Origin: Balanoglossus misakiensis
Lineage: Eukaryota; Animalia; Hemichordata
Assembly (NCBI GenBank): GCA_040954595.2
Contig: CM082584.2
Span: forward strand, 7,025,919-7,089,918
Direction: 5' to 3'
Length of the DNA: 64,000 nucleotides
Shown here in pieces: positions 1 to 11,746 of this stretch. The notes below the pieces were generated by a model that saw only the letters and a program-made list of their open reading frames with translations, did not search any database and was not told where the DNA came from. Every line of letters starts with the position of its first letter. Position 1 is the first letter of the stretch. Position numbers and translations under genes: made by a program.

Positions 1-3000
1 ATATCCGGCCATTTTTTTGCGTCACGCGTCGTTGTCTTTAGAATGTCAGGAAAAATTACTCTGTTTATTGGCCTTGTCGTTCAGTGCACGGCTTAGGTTG
101 GGTGAACTCTTTCAAGTCGAACATCTATGACGTTTACGATATTACCTTCCACGTTTACCGGCATCAGTGAGATGTCTGACAGGCCAATAAGGCGAATCTA
201 TAAACGACAAGGGTCAGTATATTAATGACGATGATGACTTTAATAGTAACGTCACTCCCTTGATTGCGTAGGGATCTGTTAATCTCGACCGAGCAGACTC
301 TGTCAACGGTTTTAATAATGGCGAGTTTGAGTGTCTGTGTTGTCAATCTGGTGGGACTCGTCTGAAACTACAGCAGTTTTAGCAGTGTGCTCCCAAATGA
401 CGGTGAAAATCAAAGTGTGTGATTGAAAAAGTCTGTCGTCAACGGTTCTACATTCAGGCCACGTCATACCTGCGAGCAACGAGGCTTTGCGCAATGTCGC
501 TCTTTGGAGCGCCGCTTTTACATAAAATATCAAAACTTGCAGATCTTTTTAACGCCTCTTAAATTACTTTCAATTTCTTTTGGTGTGTACAGGAATACGT
601 CGTCAAATAGAGATTTCTATTTATTTTAATAATACTCAACTAACTAAAATTAAAGGATCTATGTCCCCTTCGTAGGCCCCGGGGCAGATGACATCATGAG
701 AATAGAAATCCTAATTGATGATATACATGTACTTGGAAGATGGCCACCGATTCTCCTATGACGTCAGTTTTGGAGAGCGAAGGCACTTAGCGTTAATGAA
801 AGATGTCTTCTTCTTTGATGGCGACGATGTCGGTGCATTAATGAACTCAGTTTCATCAAAGTCAAACGCCGATTCTGTAATCTGCAATTCAAAAACTCTT
901 AGCTGTCCTAATTTATAAAACTCAACCTTTGTAATTGCTTAGGTTATTAAAAAAATATCGCGTATTTTTATTTTTGCAGTGGAATAAAAACAATTATGGC
1001 CTCCAGCATTGACTATTCGGATATTCAGCCAAAAGTTAGGTTAGATATTACAAGCACATGTATCGCGTTTATTGCTCTTTAGAGCGCCGCATCGTTCTGG
1101 AAATAGCACCCTCAACGACTCGGGTGAGCAATTGCTCTCACGCGGCCAGTTCTGATCGACGCCTGTGTCCCTGGTGACGCGTATACTCACAAATTATAGA
1201 TTCGTATATCAGACGTCATTTAATATTAATAGTTTATACGTTATACATGCACTTACGCTCTGAAGTCAAATCTTCCAACCCGTCATCCCAAATTCCAGAT
1301 TGATCTTTGCCCTAGATCCGCGTGATAAGAAACTACACACATTCCGCTGTTCGGCTGAAACACTACAAGTATATTAGCTTGTTAGGTCTTGACTTTGGAT
1401 GAATTATTTATGAAATGAATTGGGAACGAAATAACGTGCGTGCAGCATTTCATTCGCTTGGTGTATTACTATCAGACGAAAGAGGGCGCGCTAATCTCGA
1501 AAAACCTGTCAATAGATAATTTGTAGTTCGAAAATCATGTAAATTATTTACTTGTGTTTGGATTTGTTTATATGGTTGTTGTTTTTCTCAGATTACATGT
1601 TATATGTTCCGCGAACTATCATTTCGATCAGTTAATCTTTGTGATTTAAATCCCATAAATTCCCGGCCTTGAACCAAATACCAGGGTGCTGCGAGTTACT
1701 GTCAAAAGTCGAGACATTTCGCACTGTTATACCCAGCTAAGTTTTCTTAAATGCAGTTTAATTAATCTGTGATCCACCTAGTGCATTAATGACACTGTGT
1801 GAAGTCGTATTAGAGCAGTCACATCTCCTGGGAAGCGCCCCCTCCTCTTCTTTCCGCCTCGCATGCGCAGTAGGGTGTACGGAAGTCTGGAATATATCTG
1901 TAATATCGGATGTTTATAAATCATGGAAAACACGCTATATTATAGCGTTGGTTTCCATTCACATCTTTTTAACGGTACAGGTAACATTCAGCTCTAGTCG
2001 TTCATTCTGCGAAAATAACGTCTAAACCATGCAGTCACCATTCTCATCTGATTGCATTTTATTAAGTTAATAATCGCCTATTGACATTATCATAACGCAG
2101 TGAACCGCATTGCAGCGTTAATCAATATTACTTAGCTGGCAATTTCTTATCTGTTCTGATGTCGTCAAAAACTTACACCGTACAAACTGAAATATATGTT
2201 CCGGCATATTCTCAATCTCCACCCACGCCTCGGCGTTGACAGATGGATCAGACTTCACAAACATGGGAAGATTAATACTTGCTATTCCCGCCGTTATCGC
2301 CGATCGTAATACGTCATCACCGCAAGCGTTCATAATTTTTATCAGAGTGATGAGAAGTCGTATTGTTTCCACCCATATTTACCGAGGGGAGCAAGTCTCG
2401 AGTATGGAGACAATGTAAATCATAAAAAAATAACATAAAGCAACGAGACTGTCATGAAATGTTTATGCTTGCTGAAATAATTTGACTTTGTAGACTGGAG
2501 CAAAGTTCGCCTGCATGGGTTAACAAAATTGACGGCAAAGTTGAAGGCTTTAATTGGCGAGGTTCGTACTGTGTACTTGCTGGCCGGCAGCGATGGAAAA
2601 AATGAACCGTACAATTTTCTAGACTCCCTGCAGTACGGTGCCGGGCACTGTGAGTCTCACGTGACTTCACCCTGCCCCCAGTGGTCTAATTTATAGATAC
2701 GCCCTGTCGTTACAGCAGCACTTTGGGTCCGATGTCGACTTTATGATGTATGATGTATGAAGGTTTCCGCTAAAGATGTTTCATCCCACCTTGACTTATG
2801 CTGTCTTTAGTTTCAGTACTCAGTGAAGGGTCGTCTGTTATTGCATAGACCGTAGTTCTATACGTATACATGTATATGGTTATTGATCGCCTAGCTATGA
2901 TCCATTGACTTGGTGACTACAGCTCGATTAGTCCACCCGTCTGTCCTTTAGCCGAATTTCTGAATTTCTGCACGCGTAGCGGAAAATACAAGAGCCTGCT

Positions 3001-4607
3001 TTTGGGTATTTTAGACCCAGATATCGTAGCCTGTGTGTGTTCCGTCTGATCTGCAATTGATTGTCAGCGGGTTTCATCGTGACGTCACGCGCTTCTAATT
3101 TACATAGGCAAATGGGATTATGAATGGTTCTACATTCAGAGTATGGGAAAACTATGAGCGATCCAACTTTTACCATGAATTTTTTTTGCTATCTCCGATA
3201 ACGGACTACATTTCTGTTTTTGCAGATGCCCTTGCTGCAACGAATAATTCGCGTGAAGAGTCGTGAAATAACTGTCAAGGCTAAGTGTTTTGCTGTACAA
3301 TAGCAAAGGGTTATTATAAGTGATTGGGGACAAATTAGACAAATTAGAAAATACATTTCTGTGATTTAATATACCTGTGATTGGATCAGTAATAATGAAA
3401 CTATATACAGTTTAATACGTTGAATGCAAAACGTGACCGGAATACTGATGCTGGAGTTCAGTTCAAGGCGGCGTCGCCAAATCTGTCACATTTCATCATA
3501 GCCGTTTGATTTGTATGTCACCGACGTGGGTGTCGAAAACACGCGTGACGTCATTAAATCCTTCAAGTGGTGATTGAGAGTCTTAGAATGCACATAATCC
3601 GTGCGTTCCTTTCTGTATCTTGGAGAGCGTTCATCTAAATCTAAGATAAATCATAACCACTTGCACGCCTGAAAAGTTGAACGCAGCTTAAGGTAGAGGA
3701 ATGCCGTGACGTCATCTTAAAGTGTGTTCTACGTGAAACATTTTGCACACACACAGGCTTGCTCTCGGCATGTATGATTATGACCGTTTTCTGGGCAACC
3801 TTGGGCACGTAAAAAGTTCAAACTCTGTCCTACTGCGACATCTACATCGATATCGTTCGAAGATTTACAAATTTACAGGTTGTTAGCTTAAACTTTAATT
3901 GCATTGCGCTATTTTTCCCAAAACGTGCTATAGCTATACTTGTGCACGTTATCAAGTGATAACACGAACTCAAATTTGGACAACATTACTGACCAGATGA
4001 AATGTCTCAAATTACATAATATTGTTTGCATTCGCTCAGTAACTGGAGGAAATGATTGTTAACGTGCTGTCAAGGTCTTGATGGTTGCTTACTCTCGAAT
4101 TAGGTAATTTCCCTTTTCACTAAAAAAACGATGAGTTAATTTCTGCCTAAGAAGCGATAGAAGTACTACGCAATTGTAACTGACGTGCAAATATTTTACG
4201 AATGATCATTTTAAGAGATGTGTGGAGGTTAACTATAGAAGATTGGTTGACGATACATTTTTATGGCAAAATCGGCAAGTGAATATGGTGTCTCTGAGTA
4301 ATTCCAGTGAGAACTTTGTCCAGAATTACACAAAAAACTGTCAAATTATCGCATTCCAATAACTTATATTAGACATAAATATCATACCCAGCCACAAGTG
4401 ATGAAATTTGACCCCATGAAAGTGAAAATTCGAAAAATAAGTGGACCAGCCGTAGGCGGATGGCACACGCAATATATAGGGGTCGTAGCAGCCCCTCAGT
4501 AAATACGAATACAATTGTTGTACACTTTCCAATTACGCTTTATCGCAATAGGATTTGATAGAATGTGTATTCCAATGCATCAATGGTGGATACGGTTTCC
4601 ATGTGAT

Positions 4608-4613
4608 TTTATT
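4608..4613 (-). promoter_or_regulatory. Candidate polyadenylation signal of paralog A
   Basis: AATAAA on the minus strand about 170 nt downstream of the stop codon. Confidence 0.4.
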
Positions 4614-4781
4614 GATAGTTTTATGATGACCGCGGTATCAAATTCCCGATGTCGGTTGAGCATCGTGTTGTAATTATCTTCATCAATCTAACGCAGGTAA
4701 CGACTTCTGCTCGCACGCCTTTTCCCTCGTCACCAGATATTTTATGACTGACAGCAGCGGCGCTCGCTCGGCACATCCGTT

Positions 4782-5577
4782 TTAGTAGCGGAACCCGCTG
4801 GTGAACAGCTTAATACCGCCCCCTTTCTCCCGACAGTAGTACTTGACGCACTCGTAGCCTTCTGGGCACGGCCGCTTGGAAGCCGAGCTGCACGTCCTGC
4901 CCATCATGGCGAAACTCCGCTCGCACAGTCCCAGGAGGCAGAATCCGAAGCCAAGTTTGCGTTGGCAGTCTCGGTCGCTTCGACACTGTTGCCTGAAATA
5001 CTGAACGGAGACATTCTGGCATAAGGGGCTCGGTTTCGTTCAGAGTTCATCTGAAACGAATCGTTGTCTTAAACCAGCTTCCCGATCTCCAGAATGCAAT
5101 GCAGTCTGGGTTATAATTGTGGTTGTGCGTCAATTCGATCTACGCAGTGTTCTTTTGTCAAGCTTTATAATTAAACCGCATGCAATAGTTTTAAACTTAA
5201 ATCCGACATTAACATATTACTTTACCAAGGACGGTCGACATGTTATGTTTTCTTGCAATTTTCAAAGATACTACGAAAATGTCAAAACTTATGCTAAGCT
5301 TGTAGATATTGATTGAGCCACGAGGGACCGTGATTGAGCATATAGTTGCCATCTTCACAACACCTTTCTTTCAATCTGAACCTAGTTGCAATTGAATGAT
5401 AAAAACGTAAGATATAATCGCTTTGGATTCAAATTGCAAGGATGATGAAAATTTAAAAAGAAAATGTTGTGAAAATGAGAAGTCTGGTTTACTTACCCCG
5501 CCAGACGGATAACCAGAGACAGATGCAAAAGAAAAATATACGCAAAGCAAAATCGTTGATAGTTTCCACATTTCCAT
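4782..5577 (-). CDS. Small secreted cysteine-rich protein, paralog A (99 aa, 2 coding exons: 5497-5577 and 4782-5000)
   Basis: Exon 1 encodes the signal peptide MEMWKLSTILLCVYFSFASVSG-YPSGG and ends at a GTAAGT donor (phase 0). Exon 2 follows the acceptor ctccgttcag and reads YFRQQCRSDRDCQRKLGFGFCLLGLCERSFAMMGRTCSSASKRPCPEGYECVKYYCREKGGGIKLFTSGFRY*. It has 8 Cys in two 4-Cys modules and clear similarity to the 15411-15602 exon. TATAAAA lies upstream and AATAAA downstream. The ORF track shows exon 2 only in a wrong frame. Confidence 0.88.
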
Positions 5578-5654
5578 TGTCCGTTCTTCGCACTCGCGGT
5601 TCCAAAACTTCAAACGCAGCACACACCGAAGTAAAGAGTTTGCAGAACGCGCTC

Positions 5655-5661
5655 TTTTATA
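5655..5661 (-). promoter_or_regulatory. TATA box of Cys-rich paralog A
   Basis: TATAAAA on the minus strand about 80 nt upstream of the ATG at 5577. Confidence 0.7.
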
Positions 5662-6399
5662 TGCCTGTAAACTTTATCCCTCTGAAGGTGAGCAGATTTT
5701 GATTTATATATTCCCTGTCAGCCTATCGGGGGAGGGGGTAATCAGGCAGAGAGCAGGATGCGATCGTTTGACAAAGACGCCCCTCGCTTTATTCAAATCC
5801 GCTTATTGTTCGAGCAAATCCTGTCACGGCTACCAATTGACGTTATTGGCGCGCCTGTCATTCCACGTGTGTATACATGTATATACACCACCGCCAGGTT
5901 ATTGAACGGCGTGCTGGAAGGTCTCCCGTTACCGCCATTCATCATACCGAACAAATACTCCCGACGCTCCGCCGGTAGAAAACCCCCGCCTGTATTCTCT
6001 AACGATAATAGTGTTTCAGCGCAGTGGGCAATTTACCGGTACGTCAAGGGACGAGTTCACCTTTTATTAAAGTTTTTCTTTTTGTTCATAAATCGATGAA
6101 GTGTGCAGCGCCCTGAATTAATAAGCGTTGTCACTCACGCGGACAATTTCCTATCCGTTTTGCTGCATTGTACGGCTATTAGCTTCCGTGTCCTTGCGAC
6201 CCTGTTTCAATCTTCAAGTCACGAAAGCAGGAAAACAGTGCCCACCCTTCGTATCGACAGAAATTTATCGATGCAACCTCACTGCAATGCTATTATTTAA
6301 TAACCCGGTTTAGAATTAAATATGAACCAAGTCTTCTTGTTTTTATAACAAGAATTGTAACACGAGACATTTAAATGAACACCTTAAACTTTGTAAACT

Positions 6400-6685
6400 C
6401 TCAGGCTAAATTTCAGAATGAAAATTGGGGTCATCGTGAACGATTTTGAATGAGCTATCAAAATTGTCACAAATTTGAAATTCAAAATGGCCGCCAATAC
6501 CTACATGTATATGCAAATTCAATTGACAAAATTTAAATAAGTGACTTTCATAAAAACAAGAAGGTGGGCACCTTGTTTTCATAAATACTCTCCACACACT
6601 TTAATGTAACAAACTTCAAGAATTGAAAGGTGTAAAGGACTATCATTTTCTGGATATCTGTCCCCGGGGCGCATTACTACCTTAA
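6400..6685. mobile_element. Non-autonomous DNA transposon (MITE) remnant ending in ...CTACC-TTAA (TTAA-target, Kolobok-like)
   Basis: The terminal ~60 bp (ttgaaaggtgtaaaggactatcattttctggatatctgtccccggggcgcattactaccttaa) recurs, diverged, at 17675-17740. The left boundary is approximate and the superfamily is inferred. Confidence 0.55.
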
Positions 6686-8429
6686 GGCCGGAGTATCATT
6701 TTCTTCTATCGACGTTGCACGGCTAGTTGGAAGTGAAATATGACCGTATATATGCTAATATTCACTATGAAATAAAAACATGACGGTGCTAACTCAGCCC
6801 TTGGAAAAACATCTCCCCAGTGGCCCGGAAACGCAGCGGTGGTCTTATATATTAAATATATAAGTAATGATCAGGTCCCAGCGTCGTTTTTTCTCTTATC
6901 TTGGCAAATTTATGTGTTGTCCTCAAGGTAAACGCCATGTAAATATGCATAGCCGGCACCCTCGCGTTTAAGAGAACGATGCAACCTATTTTTTGCAAAT
7001 AAAATAAGGAAGGCACTTGCTGCGAATATATTTTGAAACGGCTTTCGCCTTCGATGTGCCATTGCATTTAAACTTTTGTACACGATCTTTGCTGGTTTCC
7101 GTGAATGTTCCTATGAATTCAACTGATCAAGGTTGATGGTTGAGCTCGTCAAATACATTTTTTTTTTTAAATTGACGTCACGACCCTGACCTTCGGGGTT
7201 GGAGCTCTCTAGATCACTGGCCTTGAGTAGAACTTTCATGTTGCCGGTTATAGTTTGTAATTACTAGATATGAACTGAAGTGGATAAGCGTATATTTTTC
7301 GGGGAAATTATCGTTGTAAGTTATCAAACGTTATCAGATTTTTGCTGAAATGCAACGGAAGAATAATTTTAATCAAAACGGAAAGTATTGTCTTAATGCA
7401 AAATATTTTACGATGGTGATCGAAACAACTTCGTTTTATAGCGATCGTCATCAAAACTCCATAACTGGCAATGCCTTCTTAAAAAACTCAACGGAAAACT
7501 TAATGCATTACATTTGTTTCAATTTAAGCCTTACAGAAAACGTCACTGGGACATTTGAATTTATTTCCGCGGAGATCCAAACACGATTCGAGACATGCGC
7601 AAATGCCGTCATCGATACCTGTAAATAAATCTGAGCTGACAATCCAAGTGGGTTTCACTATTATGGCGAGTAGGTTTCTCCTTCTCCGTACTGGGAGTAA
7701 TTATCGATAGCAATTTCCTGTAGTCGCGGCGTGTTTGCTACACTGATAGAGGTGAGCCCACGTGCAAGGCATCGGTTCCGTCTGCCGTTTGATTTCAAGG
7801 TCGATCAGAATGACGAAATGGTGTACAGAGTGGGATTTATGAAAGAAACTGACTACAATTGACTTTCCTGTGAACTTATTCACAGTAGTGGTAGAGGGTC
7901 AAATCATTCAAGTTTACTAACAATGCACTGATTGTGACTTTTCACAATGCTATACACTTTTTGCCTGACGCGTCAATCGATAGGTATAAAAGTGGGTGTA
8001 CATGTATTGAGGCGGTTGTTTGCTCGTGGGTTCCTGAAAACATTGTTTGTGTGTCTCAAACAGCAAAAATCGTATACGGATGTCGGAAATCCGGCTATAT
8101 CAAAATGCGATGTGATGACGTGGCTTTTGGATACAATAATGTCTATACATGTAGTTATCTCGATTCGCCGCCCGAGGGCGTAATGTAACAAAACGCATGC
8201 CGCCAAAGACAAGATACGCAGTCGAATCTGTTTTGCTTTTCGTAAGAAAAGCCGCTTTATTTTTCACAGAAAACGATATCGTGCCAACGAAACCCCGCGA
8301 TCTACGTGTGACGTACATGTATTTTGTTAATATGCATATACTATTCAACAGCCGGGCTCTTTGATGAGATTTAAATCATCATTTACTCAAAGTGAGCGCC
8401 ATTAGAAGGAGTTTCCTGATTGCGTGCGA

Positions 8430-8435
8430 TTTATT
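8430..8435 (-). promoter_or_regulatory. Candidate polyadenylation signal of the SDR gene
   Basis: AATAAA on the minus strand about 90 nt after the TAG at 8522. Confidence 0.45.
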
Positions 8436-8521
8436 TAAATGTCTTCCTTAAAATTTAGGCTCCTGTTAGAGCTCTTGGTTCCAGACGTAGCAGTGTAGCT
8501 CCCAGTAATTTTGCTAGTTTT

Positions 8522-10960
8522 CTAGGCTTTCCGAGGTCCCCTGTACTTGGCCTTTTTCGGTACAAACCCTCCCTCAATGACGCTGTAGCACATGTCAATC
8601 ACGGTATCTTCAATCCTGTGTGCTTGGATCCCAAGAACGTTTGTCATCTGTGTTTTAATTGTTTAAAAAAGATCATCGGTTTGGTCACATCCCAATACTA
8701 ACATACTGATCCAACAGTGATCATGTATACATGTTTGGGTGGTTGTGATGGTGGTGTGGGGGTTCATTCATTTTGCTCAATAGTGATTATTGTTTTATAC
8801 TGTTTCAGAAAAAAGAGTCGTGGCTTTGATCACATATAACCTGTAGATAGGGTATGATTGGTAATTAAACTGGTATACGTGAACGAACATTTATGTCCAT
8901 CGCTAGACGCCCAAATAATTTCTGTATCAACAAAGGCAGCAAGATGAACAAGGGGCGATGGTGTAAATTTATTTCTAAATGACAGTGACCATGAGATGAG
9001 AGATTTAGACTCACCCGAGAGTTGTCATACAAAGTCTTCTTTCCGATGTAGGATAACAAAGGTTTCACAGTTCTATCAAACAATGCCATGATCTGTAGGG
9101 CAAACTTTGGAGCGACAGTGGTGGGGACGTTATACCCTATGTTATAGAAATGTTAAAAATAATCATTAGTGTATTATAATAACTTTTTAAAAATCAATCG
9201 TATTTGCTGTCAAAGTCAGTTAAAGTTACTGACATGCTTTAAAGGGCTTGTAGCACAACCTATAGTCATCTGTATTTAATAAATGCATAGATTGAGATTA
9301 TACAATAGTATCTTTCTCAAAACACGTCTACTGATATTTGAACAGGCTGCTTACCTTGGGATTTGAATTCCTTGTGTATCATACGAGCTATATCTTCCAG
9401 CCACAAACTTTCATTGACCAAAATGTGTCTTTTGCCTGGAGGAAATAAACATTGGTCAGACAACCATTGAGTACCCCTCCATGGGCATACATGCAGGTCA
9501 AAACTGTTCACGATATATAATCCAATATGGCCACCAGGCAGGCAGTCGGGTCATGCTGTCATCTTTCTTCATTACTGACCTGACCTTCGCGCAAACATTC
9601 TTCGATTTCGTCCAAATTTGAAACACACTATGTGCCTGTTGGTATTCCGTATTTTTTGTGGGTAGACCAATTGATGGTCTAGATATGACCATTTCGCGTC
9701 ATTGTTGTCGTCAGACTTAATCAGGTATGGAACATTATTCGTTCAATCTTGGCAAATGAACAAATTTCTGTAGCAAGCGCGCGAACTTCAATTCATTTGA
9801 CTACGAACCAACATGGCGACCATGAAGTCGGTGGTTTTCTTTGCGTGTTCACAAATGCCCTGGCTCTGTGCGCATGTGCCAAGGTTTGTCGACTGTCCCC
9901 GGAACACGCTCACCTGCAGCTTCGGGCGCCGTCATGGCGTTCACGTGTGCGGTTGCCACGTCCCTGACGTCAACAAAGCCAAAACTTAGTTTTGGTAGCA
10001 CCGGCAGTTCTCTCATCAAGAGCTTCTTTGGAAATTCAAGGGATGTACAAGTTGATCCACTCAACACTGGACCCAGAACTAAACCCGGGTTAACCACTGC
10101 AAGTTCAAATTTGTCGTCCCCTGCAAGACATGCAAGACTCATGGTCTTTACTTTCAAACCTAGAATAGTGCGTTTAAATGAGCTTATAACTGGGTATACA
10201 CAGACAAAACACTAGCATCTACCACTGATTGTGGCTCTATATCATGTACGAACAGTAATAAGCCGGTGCCACACCCATTTATTCAGCTGCCCATTGCAAG
10301 AGTACACAGCTATCGTGGTATGCTCACATGGGTATAAATTGAAAATGTGGTCGATTGTTTGTCGATTAATATAAAGATAAGGATAAGATTGAATATTTAT
10401 CTATTGAAATAGGCTAACAGTGACAGGTGTTGGGGCAAACCTTTCAAGCTGTCCACGAAATTCCAGGCTGCTTTTTCTGCCATCGCCTTACTCTTTTCAT
10501 AGGGTCCTATTGCAGATAAATCAGGCCAATCGGCTTCTGTGTGTACGTGACCGGGCAACCCTGCACCTTCTGAAAAGTCAGATGTGAAACCTTGTGGGTA
10601 TCGCGTCTATGGAGTGCTATAGGTGTCATCATAATAATTTGAATGGGTGTCAGTGAAACGAAGCAAACGGCATAACTGCAAAAAGCTAGTGCAGTTGCAA
10701 TAGTTCATCAAAGTTGACACGAATCCTGACTTAACGTTTTGACTTGGAGATAGTAACCCGTCATACACACGTGCCAAGTTATAGTTATGTTCGTGCTTAT
10801 ATACAAAACAAGACGGCATGCTATACTAGTATAAAACGGGTGGGTACTGTAGTCTGCTACCATTTTTAATTATTTTAACTAAATGCAATATCCCAAAATA
10901 TTTCCATTCGTCTTAAGGGCGTTTTGAGGACCAATTGATTTTCAGTCGTTGTTACAACAT

Positions 10961-10995
<35 letters not shown>

Positions 10996-11746
10996 TAATG
11001 CCAATCTTACTTTTAACCCAAGGCACTGATGAATGTTGTTTCCTCTGCACCATCTGCCAACACTTGTTTTCCAAAAATCCTCCACCCACCCCCAATAATG
11101 AAATGGTTCTCTCCTAATATATGTGACCTACCTTGAATAGCCACAGTCGAACTGGTTAGCACCACGCGTTTGACGATGCCCGCTTCTTTGCATGCTTTGA
11201 GAATACTCGTTGTACCTTCCACTGCCGGCTTGATGACGTCGTTCTCATCTTTTGGCCTGGCCATTGGAAATGGACTAGCTACGTGTATCACATATCTGCA
11301 ACCCTCAATGGCACTGTAAAATAAGAATAGAAACTTGACTCTACAACCATCGACATCCCATCGATGCATATTTTTCTATGATAAATTTGGAGCATTTTTT
11401 TAGTTAGAGGGGTCATTTTATTGCTCTGAGCCAGCAAGGATGCGTGCTATTTTACCCAGATTATTGTGAGTCGAAATGCAATGTCGTCTTAATAACTGTC
11501 GTTAGGGGAAACACTTCCAAACAAAGACAAGTATGATTCATTACCCTTTCCAGCTCTCCGGCTGGAGTAGATCAGCCTCCACAAGTTCCAGTTTGTGTTC
11601 GGCATCCGGGCAGAGATTTCGCAGCGGTTCAACTTTGCGCTTGTTCTCCAGACTCCTGACCGTGCCCCTGACTCGGTGGCCCGCCCTCAACAGTTGCTTG
11701 GTCACATGCGCTGCTACGTAACCAGAGGCCCCGGTGACCAAAATCA
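8522..11746 (-). CDS. Extended short-chain dehydrogenase/reductase, NAD(P)-dependent epimerase/dehydratase family (dihydroflavonol-4-reductase / cinnamoyl-CoA reductase / aldehyde reductase II-like); 5' exon unresolved
   Basis: Exons 11545-11746, 11132-11313, 10441-10569, 9914-10120, 9355-9435, 9015-9136 and 8522-8647 are all GT-AG and phase-compatible. Motifs: Rossmann ILVTGASGYVA, VRGTVRS, VIHVASP, VVLTSS, catalytic YEKSK (YxxxK), VVNPGLVLGP, VDVRDVA. Ends ...KYRGPRKA*. Confidence 0.95.
10962..10994. repeat. poly-T (33 nt) in SDR intron
   Basis: Homopolymer run seen directly. Confidence 0.95.

Noticed and set aside
164-3342. Short ORFs and exon-like segments at the window start (e.g. 2118-2372, 730-881)
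   Set aside because: Could not be assembled into a coherent gene; no recognisable homology.
4810-5022. ORF MPECLRSV... on the minus strand
   Set aside because: Wrong frame; the Cys-rich frame starting at the acceptor before 5000 matches paralog B and the phase of exon 1.
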